DNA from: Candidatus Methanophagaceae archaeon
GTDB taxonomy: Archaea; Halobacteriota; Syntropharchaeia; Alkanophagales; Methanospirareceae
DNA: 32,000 nt
Direction: 5' to 3'
NCBI GenBank assembly: GCA_003194425.1
Contig: PQXB01000001.1
Coordinates: 640,444 to 672,443, forward strand
Position 1 is the stretch's first letter. Every line of letters begins with the position of its first letter. Shown here one piece after another: positions 7,577 through 15,272 of this stretch. The position numbers and the translations under genes were made by a program. A model generated the notes under the pieces. The model was given only the letters and a program-made list of their open reading frames with translations. It made no database searches and was not told where the DNA came from.

Positions 7577-8023
7577 GTGAGAAAATTGACAAAAGAGGAA
7601 AAGAAAGCGGTAGAAGGAGTGGAGGGTGTGGCTGTCGTTTTGATCGGGCACGGTAGCAAGCTGCCGTACAGTAAGGAGGTGTTGGAGGAGTTTGGAAGGG
7701 GAGTTGAGAAGCGGGGGCTGTTTAAAGCGGTGAAAGTGGCTTTTATGCAGTTGAACTCGCCGAGCATTGAGGAGGCGTTGCGAGGTCTTGCCGAAAGCGG
7801 ACTGAAAAATATTGTGGCACTGCCGGTCTTTTTGGCGGACGGAGCGCACACGACCGAGGACATTCCAGAGAAGTTGAAAGAAGCTTTCGAGGGCGAGTGG
7901 GCGGAGGTAGGAAAAGGCGTGAAACTGACTTACGCAAAGCCAATCGGAGCGGACGAGCGGGTCGTGGACATTCTGCTGGACCGAGCAAAAGAGGCGGTAG
8001 AAGAGAGTAGTGAGAAGGATTAA
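7577..8023 (+). CDS. cbiX: Small sirohydrochlorin chelatase, CbiX(S) type (Co or Ni chelatase; CfbA candidate)
   Basis: Motifs VVLIGHGS ... LPVFLADGAHT are present and the single-domain size is right. The track ORF 7265..8023 has an N-terminal part that overlaps the nifH-like gene and is repeat-derived. I place the start at in-frame GTG 7577; TTG 7586 is an alternative. Confidence 0.78.
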   Translation: MRKLTKEEKKAVEGVEGVAVVLIGHGSKLPYSKEVLEEFGRGVEKRGLFKAVKVAFMQLNSPSIEEALRGLAESGLKNIVALPVFLADGAHTTEDIPEKLKEAFEGEWAEVGKGVKLTYAKPIGADERVVDILLDRAKEAVEESSEKD

Positions 8024-8093
8024 AAGAAAAAAAAGTTCTCTCTCTCGCCTTTCCGCCCCTTAAATTTTTAGAGTCGGAGGAAAGAAGAAAAGA

Positions 8094-9188
8094 GTGTCGT
8101 GGCTCGTTGCGAAACTGTTACTACTTTTTGTGCTGCTCCTTCTCTCCGGCTTCTTCTCCGGCTCGGAGACCGCGTTGGTTAGGATCGGGAAGGTAAAAGC
8201 GCGGGCGTTGCTGAAGCGCGGCGTGAAAGGGGCAGAGACGATTGACAAATTTGTGAGCGAGCCCGAGACGATGCTCACGACCGTTCTTATCGGGAACAAT
8301 GTCGTAAATATCGCAGCCTCGGCACTCGCGACTTCAATCGCGATTGACTTTTTTGGCAGTTACGGAGCGGCGGTTGCGACGGGCGTGATGACTTTTTTAA
8401 TTCTCACTTTCGCAGAAATAATGCCCAAGACGATTGCAGTGCACCACGCCGAGCGGATTTCGCTACTCATTTCAAAGCCGATGGGAATTTTGACTGCGGT
8501 CTTTCAGCCGCTCATAAAAGCCACTTCCCTGGTCACTGGTGCGGTTACCGCTGCTTTAGAGCGGCTTTTTGGCGTAAAACTCTCTCGGCAGAGGCGGTTA
8601 ATGACCGAGGAGGAGGTGGAGACGATGTTGGAGATTGGCGAGGAGGAGGGGGCGATTGAGGAGGACGAGAAGGAAATGATGAAGGGTGTGTTGAGGCTTG
8701 ATGAGGTAGTGGTAAAGAATGTAATGGTGCCGCGGGAGGAGATGGTTTGCCTGGAGGCCAGTCAGCCCGTGAGTGCAGCGTTGGAAATAATAAAGACCAG
8801 CGGCTACTCCAGAATTCCTGTTTTAGATTCAAATTTAACTCTTAATCTAAATCAGTATTTAAATCTAAATTTGAAGAGCTCAAAAGAGACAAGAGGCAAA
8901 GTTGTGGGCGTCTTGTACGCCAAGGATTTACTAATTCGGGTGGCTGGGAAGGGGGAGAGTGCGAAGGAACCGCTGAGAAAGTTTATGAAGACGCCTTATT
9001 TCGTGCCTGAGTCAAAGCGGGTGGACGACCTTCTCGCAGAGTTTCAGAAGGGCAAGTTCCACCTCGCGATTGTAGTAGACGAGGAGGGGAGGACGAAGGG
9101 TTTGGTAAGTTTGGAGGACCTTTTGGAGGTGATTGTGGGCAGTATTTATGACGAATACGACACGATAAAGACAAGAGAAAAACGATGA
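8094..9188 (+). CDS. CNNM/CorB-type membrane protein (DUF21 transmembrane domain plus CBS pair)
   Basis: The hydrophobic N-terminal DUF21-like region has four predicted TM segments, followed by two CBS-like modules (VMVPREEMV..., GLVSLEDLLE). GTG start. An AT-rich insert encodes SNLTLNLNQYLNLNLKSS. Confidence 0.8.
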   Translation: MSWLVAKLLLLFVLLLLSGFFSGSETALVRIGKVKARALLKRGVKGAETIDKFVSEPETMLTTVLIGNNVVNIAASALATSIAIDFFGSYGAAVATGVMTFLILTFAEIMPKTIAVHHAERISLLISKPMGILTAVFQPLIKATSLVTGAVTAALERLFGVKLSRQRRLMTEEEVETMLEIGEEEGAIEEDEKEMMKGVLRLDEVVVKNVMVPREEMVCLEASQPVSAALEIIKTSGYSRIPVLDSNLTLNLNQYLNLNLKSSKETRGKVVGVLYAKDLLIRVAGKGESAKEPLRKFMKTPYFVPESKRVDDLLAEFQKGKFHLAIVVDEEGRTKGLVSLEDLLEVIVGSIYDEYDTIKTREKR

Positions 9189-10474
9189 AAGAATACGAAG
9201 TGAGGTGCATAAAATGTGGTGCGAGGTTCGCCAAAGAAGAGGTTGTTTACACTTGCAGGCACTGCGGTGGTCTGCTTGAGATAAAATACGACTACTCGGA
9301 AATTGACGCAGAGCGGGTGGTCAAGGGAGCGGTTAGGGGAGTCGAGGGAAAAGCAAGCGAGGGAAAAGCAAGAAGAGGTGTGTGGCGGTTTCGGGAGTTG
9401 CTGCCCTTCGCTGAGGAGACGGCGCCAGTAACGATAAACGAGGGCGAGACGCCGTTGTACAGGTGCGAGAGGCTTGCAGAGTTCGTTGGTCTTGAAACAG
9501 GGGAGTTGTGGGTAAAGCACGAGGGGCTGAACCCCTCGGGGTCGTTCAAAGACCGTGGAATGACGGTTGGCGTAACAAAAGCGGTGGAGCTGGGCGTCAG
9601 GGGCGTGGCGTGTGCGTCTACGGGGAACACCTCGGCGTCGCTTGCGATTTTCGCTGCGAGAGCCGGTCTTCCGTGCTACGTTCTGCTGCCGAGGGGAAAA
9701 GTGGCGTTGGGCAAGGTAGCACAGGCGGTAATTCACGGTGCAAGGGTCTTCTCGCTGCGGGGGAATTTTGACGACGCTCTGCGGGTCGTTCGGGCGTTGT
9801 GCGAGGAGGAGCGGCTTTACCTGTTGAACTCGGTGAACCCTTACAGGCTGGAGGGGCAGAAGACGCTCGCGTTCGAAGTCGCCGAGGCGTTCGGCTGGCA
9901 GGCTCCGGACCGTGTTGTTCTGCCTGTCGGGAACGCGGGGAACATTAGTGCGATTTTCAAGGGCTTCGTGGAGTTGAAGCGGCTCGGAATTACTGACTCG
10001 GTGCCGAAAATGACGGGCATTCAGGCGGAGGGTGCGAAGCCTGTGGTTCGGGCGTTCAAGGAGGGAAGGGCGGAAATTGTCCCAGAAGAGAAGCCAGAGA
10101 CGATTGCGTCTGCGATTAGAATCGGCGACCCTGTGAATGCGGCGAAGGCGTTGCAGGCGATTCGAGACTCGGACGGCGTCGCAGAAGCGGTAACCGACGA
10201 AGAAATAACAGAGGCACAGGTCGCGTTGGCGAGACTTGAGGGAATTGGCGTGGAGCCTGCGAGTGCTGCTTCGGTCGCGGGGCTGAAGAAGCTGGTTGCG
10301 GAGGGTGAAGGCGAGATTGAAGAGGGCGAAATTGAAAAGGGCGAGAGGGTCGTCTGCGTTACTACTGGGCATCTGCTGAAGGACCCGGAACGCGTGATAA
10401 AAATATGCGAGGTGCCGACCGAGGTGGACGCGGAAGTGGATGCGGTGCGGCGGCAGCTGTTGAAGGGGGTGTAA
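9185..10474 (+). CDS. thrC: Threonine synthase
   Basis: N-terminal zinc ribbon CxxC...CxxC is present, and the PLP lysine motif NPSGSFKDRG. The ATGA overlaps the upstream stop. Confidence 0.9.
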   Translation: MKEYEVRCIKCGARFAKEEVVYTCRHCGGLLEIKYDYSEIDAERVVKGAVRGVEGKASEGKARRGVWRFRELLPFAEETAPVTINEGETPLYRCERLAEFVGLETGELWVKHEGLNPSGSFKDRGMTVGVTKAVELGVRGVACASTGNTSASLAIFAARAGLPCYVLLPRGKVALGKVAQAVIHGARVFSLRGNFDDALRVVRALCEEERLYLLNSVNPYRLEGQKTLAFEVAEAFGWQAPDRVVLPVGNAGNISAIFKGFVELKRLGITDSVPKMTGIQAEGAKPVVRAFKEGRAEIVPEEKPETIASAIRIGDPVNAAKALQAIRDSDGVAEAVTDEEITEAQVALARLEGIGVEPASAASVAGLKKLVAEGEGEIEEGEIEKGERVVCVTTGHLLKDPERVIKICEVPTEVDAEVDAVRRQLLKGV

Positions 10475-10488
10475 AAAAAGAGGAGTAA

Positions 10489-11661
10489 ATGAAAAGGAGA
10501 GTACGGGCGTCGGCTCCTGCGAAGGTAATTCTGTTTGGAGAGCATTTTGTGGTGTTCGGTAAGCGGGCGTTAGCAACTGCCGTAAACCGACGGCTCGTGG
10601 TTGAGGTCTCTGAAAAGGACGGAAATGGAAGAAGCGGAAAAGGGGGGTACCACATAAAAATCGAGAACATTCCTACTTTCGGCTTGGAGGTGGACTTGTT
10701 CAGAGGAGAAAAAGGAGAAAAAGGAGAAGAAGGAGAAGAAGGAGGAAGGGGGGAGGCATTGCCGTACAAAGACTACGGCGAAGCGACAAAAGCGATCGCG
10801 TACGTCAAGGAGTCGATAAAATATCTTGAGGAGAGCTACGGAATAAATCGGGAAGGAGGAGGAGTAGAAATAGAAATAAAGTCTGAAATACCGCTCTCTG
10901 CGGGGTTGGGCTCGTCTGCAGCGACTTGTGTTGCAACAGTCGCGGCGCTGAAAGAGTTTTTTGGTTGGGGCGTGGGGGGAGGAGAAGGGGATTTAGAAGC
11001 GGATTTAGAAACGGATTTAGAAGCGGTAAGAGAGGACGCACACCGTGTTGAGCTCGCAGTTCAAGGTGCTGCCAGCCCTGTTGACACTGCGATTTCAACC
11101 TACGGCGGGTCGGTTCTGGTGGAGCAGGGGGAGGTGAAGCGACTGCGTTTGGCTGGGCTAACAGGTCTAAATCTGCTTGTGGGCTGCGTTGGCTGCCTGC
11201 CGTTGAGCAGGGGTACTTCTGATTTTGGTTTAAAGACAAAGAAGATTGTAGAGCAGGTGAAGGCACGAAAAGAGACTTTTAAGCGGATTTTTGATTCTCT
11301 ACTCGAGGCTTCGGAAGAGACGACGGCAGAGGCGGTTGCGGCGTTGAGAGAGCGGAATTTCGTGAGGCTCGGTGCGCTGATGAACATAAATCACGGCTTG
11401 CTGGACGCGATTGGCGTGGTTCCGAGACGGCTGAGCGAGCTCGCTAAGGTCTCACAAGAGTTGGGTGCGTTGGGCGCTAAAGTTACAGGAGCTGGCGGTT
11501 TGGACGAAATGGGCGGCGTAGGCTCTGTTTTGGTACTGCCTGGAGCGGTAGGGAGGGGTAAAATAAAAACTGCGATGGAAATTGCAGGTGCGCTCGTTTT
11601 GGATGTGAAGACAGGCGGAGAGGGGCTGAAAATAGAAGAAAAATTTGATTACAATTCGTAA
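10489..11661 (+). CDS. mvk: Mevalonate kinase
   Basis: Motif APAKVILFGEHFVV and the GHMP motif PLSAGLGSSAA are present, with a C-terminal KVTGAGG. Confidence 0.9.
   Translation: MKRRVRASAPAKVILFGEHFVVFGKRALATAVNRRLVVEVSEKDGNGRSGKGGYHIKIENIPTFGLEVDLFRGEKGEKGEEGEEGGRGEALPYKDYGEATKAIAYVKESIKYLEESYGINREGGGVEIEIKSEIPLSAGLGSSAATCVATVAALKEFFGWGVGGGEGDLEADLETDLEAVREDAHRVELAVQGAASPVDTAISTYGGSVLVEQGEVKRLRLAGLTGLNLLVGCVGCLPLSRGTSDFGLKTKKIVEQVKARKETFKRIFDSLLEASEETTAEAVAALRERNFVRLGALMNINHGLLDAIGVVPRRLSELAKVSQELGALGAKVTGAGGLDEMGGVGSVLVLPGAVGRGKIKTAMEIAGALVLDVKTGGEGLKIEEKFDYNS
10705..10749 (+). repeat. 5 x 9-bp purine repeat encoding (G-E-K/E)n in mevalonate kinase
   Basis: ggagaaaaa x2, ggagaagaa x2, ggaggaagg. 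Confidence 0.9.
10990..11025 (+). repeat. 3 x 12-bp repeat encoding (D-L-E-A/T)3 in mevalonate kinase
   Basis: gatttagaagcg gatttagaaacg gatttagaagcg. Confidence 0.95.
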
Positions 11662-11714
11662 TTCATTTTTTATCTTTACGAAATAATGAAAAAAAGACGA
11701 GAGAAGAGGGACGA

Positions 11715-13112
11715 ATGCGGATAGAAAGAGCGCGAGGTACGAGGGATTTTCTGCCTGCCGAGATGAGAAAGAGGCGGGAAATGGAAGACCTGATGCGTGA
11801 GACTGCGGAGCGGTGGGGCTACGGAGAGGTGAGGACGCCCACTTTTGAACTCGCTGAACTCTTTACGCTCAAGTCCGGCGAGGAGGTGCTGAAGGAAATG
11901 TACGAGTTCAGGGACAAAGGCGGGCGGCACTTGGCACTGCGACCCGAACTCACGGCGCCTGTGGTAAGAATGTTTGTGAACGAGTTAAAGATGTTGCCGA
12001 AGCCGACGAAGGTTTACTACTTCGGGAACTGCTTCAGGTACGAGGAGCCGCAGCGAGCCCGCTACCGCGAGTTCTGGCAGTTCGGCGCCGAAATCATCGG
12101 GTCCGACCGTCCCGAGGCTCAGGCGGAAATTATCGCTCTCACGTCGGAAATCCTGAAGTCGTTGGGCGTGAGCAAAGAGGCAGAACTTCAGGTGGGGCAG
12201 GTGGGCTTGCTGCGAGGACTACTGCGAGGGGCGGGGCTTGAAGAAGGCAAAATAAACAAGGTGATGCGGCTGTTAGACAAGGGCAAGAGAGAAGAGGTTG
12301 CAGAGGTTTTGAGCGAGGCTGGGGAGGCGGGAGAGAAGCAGGAGTTGGCAGGGGATTTGACGCACCTGACAGGTTTGAGAGGCGAGGAGGCTTTGAAGGA
12401 GGCACGCAGAATTGTCCTTTCAGAAAGCGGTAGTGCGAGCGGTAGTGCGAGCGGTAGTGCGAGTGGCAGTGCGTTGAAGGAGTTGGAGGAGTTAGAGGAG
12501 CTGTTGCGGCTCCTTGATTTTTACGAGGTCCGCTACACTTTAAATCTGGGAATTGCACGGGGCTTGGACTACTACACAGGAATGGTCTTTGAAATCTACG
12601 AAGCGGGAGGCAGGCAGGGCAAGTTGGGAGCACAGAGCCAAATCTGCGGTGGTGGCTCCTACCAGCTGGCGGCTCTCTTCGGTGGTGGCGAGGTCGCTTC
12701 TACGGGTTTTGCTTTCGGGTTTGACCGACTGGTGGAAATGTTCAGTCCAGAAAAGGAGGGCGAGGATTTAAGGAGGTCGAAGGTGGTGGTGGTGCCGATT
12801 CGCGAGAGAACAGCAACCGTAGGCGGAGACAGAGACGGCGAGGTGCTCAAAACCGCGATAAAAATAGCCTCCCGACTGAGAGAGTTCGTCCCCACTTACT
12901 TGGATGTGATGGGCAGGAATGTCGGTGCTCAAATGTCTTACGCCAATTCCACCGCCGCTTCGTTCGCCGTGCTCGTGGGCAGGGAAGAAGTGCGGGAAGG
13001 GAAAGTGACATTGAAAAATCTTGAGACAGGGGAGCAGGAGAGCAGGAGCGTTCGTCAGGCTATTTCCTTGCTGTCTTCTTCGCTGTCCTCGCCAAGTCGC
13101 AGAAATACTTAA
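11715..13112 (+). CDS. hisS: Histidine--tRNA ligase
   Basis: Class II motifs are present: LRPELTAPV and FRYEEPQRARYREFWQFG. A C-terminal anticodon-binding region is present. The last 53 nt overlap the convergent aldolase gene. Confidence 0.9.
   Translation: MRIERARGTRDFLPAEMRKRREMEDLMRETAERWGYGEVRTPTFELAELFTLKSGEEVLKEMYEFRDKGGRHLALRPELTAPVVRMFVNELKMLPKPTKVYYFGNCFRYEEPQRARYREFWQFGAEIIGSDRPEAQAEIIALTSEILKSLGVSKEAELQVGQVGLLRGLLRGAGLEEGKINKVMRLLDKGKREEVAEVLSEAGEAGEKQELAGDLTHLTGLRGEEALKEARRIVLSESGSASGSASGSASGSALKELEELEELLRLLDFYEVRYTLNLGIARGLDYYTGMVFEIYEAGGRQGKLGAQSQICGGGSYQLAALFGGGEVASTGFAFGFDRLVEMFSPEKEGEDLRRSKVVVVPIRERTATVGGDRDGEVLKTAIKIASRLREFVPTYLDVMGRNVGAQMSYANSTAASFAVLVGREEVREGKVTLKNLETGEQESRSVRQAISLLSSSLSSPSRRNT
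12426..12473 (+). repeat. 4 x 12-bp repeat encoding (S-G-S-A)4 in HisRS
   Basis: agcggtagtgcg x3, then agtggcagtgcg. Confidence 0.95.
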
Positions 13113-13668
13113 CCGTGCAGGCGTGTTCGACCGAGCTGAGAATCACGAACGCCTCGTCCACCGTCGCCCCGCGAGCGAAGGTGCCGTGACCCCGAACCAC
13201 GAGACCCTTGTGATCGCGGAGAGCGCGGGCGGCGTTTCTCGCCAACTCGTCCGACCCGATTCCGCCAGTTACGACCGGGATTTCGTGCAGAAAATAAACG
13301 CTCTCCGAATCTTCAGGCACAATTTCCCCCTCCTCCTCTCCAGCCTCCCCCTCCTCCTCCCCAGCCTCGCAGCAGAGCAGCGAGAGCACCACCGCGAACC
13401 GCGAGTGCCCGTGCAAAACCGCGAGTGCCGAGGTCTGCTTGTAAATCGCACGGTGAACGTTCACTTCTGACGAGGCAATTACATCAAGTTCGTCCGGCGT
13501 GGCAGCGTCCACGGGGACAGAAACAATCTGCCCCTCAAGTTCGTCAAGCAGGCTTCCGGTCGTGCTGATTAGCATTTGGTCGCCCACTCGCTTGCTAACA
13601 TTCCCGAAATGCGAGTGCACCAACCTCGACTCCACCATTTTCCTGCCGTATTTTATCAGTTCTTGCAT
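13060..13668 (-). CDS. Class II aldolase/adducin-family protein (FucA / ribulose-5-P epimerase-like)
   Basis: The conserved region starts at MQELIKYG (ATG, complement of 13666-13668), with HSHFGNVS and HGHS...RGHG zinc-ligand-type motifs. The upstream 115 codons of track ORF 13060..14013 run antisense through prs and the poly-purine spacer and are rejected. Confidence 0.75.
   Translation of the reverse strand: MQELIKYGRKMVESRLVHSHFGNVSKRVGDQMLISTTGSLLDELEGQIVSVPVDAATPDELDVIASSEVNVHRAIYKQTSALAVLHGHSRFAVVLSLLCCEAGEEEGEAGEEEGEIVPEDSESVYFLHEIPVVTGGIGSDELARNAARALRDHKGLVVRGHGTFARGATVDEAFVILSSVEHACTVKYFCDLARTAKKTARK
13326..13367 (-). repeat. 2 x 21-bp repeat encoding (A-G-E-E-E-G-E)2 in the aldolase-family protein
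   Basis: ccccctcctcctctccagcct / ccccctcctcctccccagcct on the plus strand, with one mismatch. Confidence 0.9.
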
Positions 13669-13738
13669 TTTATCATCGTTATTAATTTTTAAAAAAAGAA
13701 GGGACAGAAAAAAGAAAAAGAAAAAGAAAAGGAAAGAA

Positions 13739-14704
13739 ATGAAAATAGTTGCAGGAATCTCGGCACGGGTTTTGGCAGCGAGAATTGCAACCGCAGTGGG
13801 AGGGGGCTGCAAAGTTGCCGCCTGCGAGTTCAAGCGGTTTCCTGACGGAGAATTGTACACGAGGGTGGCGGACGACTTAAAAGGCGAGGAAGTGGTCGTC
13901 GTGCAGAGCGTCAGAACCGACTCCGACTTGGTCTGCCTCTTGCAACTGCTCGACGCCGTGGGAGGAGGAGAAGGAGGAGGAGGAGAAGAAGCGAGCAGAA
14001 TAAGAGTTGTCATTCCTTATTTGGGCTACGCAAGGCAGGACAAGCGGTTTAAGCCCGGCGAAGCAGTCTCTTCAAGGGCAGTTGCGAGGAGCATTAGCGC
14101 TGCTGCTGGTGCTGGCGTAGTTGAAGAGATTTTAGTGGTTAATCCGCACAACAGTGGCGTCTTGCGGTATTTCGACGCAAAGACGACCGAGTTGGACGCC
14201 TCTCCACTGCTCGGCGGTTTTGTGGCGAAGAAGGAAGAGGAAGAGGAGGGGGAGGAGGTGGAGAAGGAGGAGGTGGAGGAGAAGACGAGGAAAAGGTCGT
14301 TGGGAGAAGTAGTTGTGGGACCAGACGAAGGAGCGGCGGGGTTGGCGAAGGTGGTTGCGGCTCCCTACGGCTTAGACTACGATGTCTTGGAGAAGCGGAG
14401 GATTAGCGGTGCGGAAGTAGAAATAAAGCCGAAGGAGCTGAGCGTGGCAGGCAGAAATGTCGTCATCGTGGACGACATAATCTCCACAGGAGGCACAATC
14501 GCAGAAGCCGCGACTCTACTAAAAGCACAGGGAGCGAACGAAATCTCTGTTGCCTGCGTGCACGGTGTTTTTGAAAATGTGCCGAACGCAGTCCCGCGAA
14601 TGCTCCGCGCGGGCGTCAAAGAAATTGTCGCAACCGACACGATTGAATCAGAGTTCAGCAGAATAAGCGTAGCGAGGCTGGTTGCGGAGGCGTTAAAAAT
14701 TTGA
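13739..14704 (+). CDS. prs: Ribose-phosphate pyrophosphokinase (PRPP synthetase)
   Basis: The conserved N-terminus starts at MKIVAG (ATG 13739). The PRPP-binding loop NVVIVDDIISTGGT is present. Two purine-rich E/G inserts are present. Confidence 0.9.
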   Translation: MKIVAGISARVLAARIATAVGGGCKVAACEFKRFPDGELYTRVADDLKGEEVVVVQSVRTDSDLVCLLQLLDAVGGGEGGGGEEASRIRVVIPYLGYARQDKRFKPGEAVSSRAVARSISAAAGAGVVEEILVVNPHNSGVLRYFDAKTTELDASPLLGGFVAKKEEEEEGEEVEKEEVEEKTRKRSLGEVVVGPDEGAAGLAKVVAAPYGLDYDVLEKRRISGAEVEIKPKELSVAGRNVVIVDDIISTGGTIAEAATLLKAQGANEISVACVHGVFENVPNAVPRMLRAGVKEIVATDTIESEFSRISVARLVAEALKI

Positions 14705-14715
14705 CCGCCTTACCT

Positions 14716-15219
14716 TTACATTTTGCTGTCCTCCCCCTCACCCAAACACTGCATAAAAACACCTTCAGGCTTGTCCTTCACGGTTTGGTAGACGATAAAA
14801 GTCTCGGTCCGCTCGACAGCGCCGAAAGAGTGCATTTCCCTCAAGAACACCGTCATTTCGTCCTTGCTCCCGAAGAGGAGTTCGAGGAAGAAGTCGAACC
14901 TGCCGAAGAGGAGTTGAATTTTTCTCACATTTTTGCTGCTCCTCAAGAACGCCACGAGCTCGTTTCTCAACCGCTCCTCGGGCTTCGCGATGAGCAGGAC
15001 ATAAGCGTTGAAAGAAAAACCGAGCTTTTCAGCGTCCAAACACGCTGAAAAACCTCTTACAACGCCTGCTTCTGACAGCCGTCTCACGCGTTCAAAAGCC
15101 ACTTGTCGACTTACTCCGCACCGTCGCCCGAGTTCCGAGTAGGAGAGCCTGCCGTTCTCGAGCAACCCCCTCAAAATGCATTTGTCCTTCTCCTTCAGTT
15201 TCATTTCGTCGTTTGTCAA
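14716..15219 (-). CDS. Lrp/AsnC-family transcriptional regulator
   Basis: The HTH segment is LSYSELGRRCGVSRQVAFERVRRLSEAGVV, followed by a RAM-like C-terminal domain. The start is TTG 15219 or ATG 15204. Confidence 0.85.
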   Translation of the reverse strand: MTNDEMKLKEKDKCILRGLLENGRLSYSELGRRCGVSRQVAFERVRRLSEAGVVRGFSACLDAEKLGFSFNAYVLLIAKPEERLRNELVAFLRSSKNVRKIQLLFGRFDFFLELLFGSKDEMTVFLREMHSFGAVERTETFIVYQTVKDKPEGVFMQCLGEGEDSKM

Positions 15220-15234
15220 ATTTAGGTTTAAAGA

Positions 15235-15245
15235 TTTTTATAAAA
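15235..15245. promoter_or_regulatory. Near-palindromic TATA-like box in the 53-nt divergent lrp/pckG spacer
   Basis: tttttataaaa lies 28-38 nt from the pckG ATG and 31-41 nt from the lrp ATG 15204. A second box, ttttatattttt, lies at 15253-15264. Confidence 0.35.
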
Positions 15246-15272
15246 GGTCGTGTTTTATATTTTTGACGCAAG

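Noticed and set aside
6454-7863. A 469-aa ORF on the minus strand
   Set aside because: It is entirely antisense to the well-supported NifH-like and CbiX genes. Its product is Ser/Pro/Arg/Leu-rich low complexity and includes mirror images of the sense-strand repeats (RPLS/RPLA, SSC). This is typical of a spurious antisense ORF in GC-rich coding DNA.
9146-10576. A 476-aa ORF on the minus strand
   Set aside because: It is antisense to threonine synthase. Its composition is Arg/Leu/Pro/Ser-rich with no motifs, and the sense gene has clear family signatures.
13669-14013. N-terminal 115 codons of track ORF 13060..14013 (-), and N-terminal 80 codons of track ORF 13499..14704 (+)
   Set aside because: Both extensions run through the poly-purine/poly-pyrimidine spacer and antisense into the neighbouring gene, giving poly-F/poly-K products. 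The conserved protein regions begin at the internal ATGs 13668 (-) and 13739 (+).
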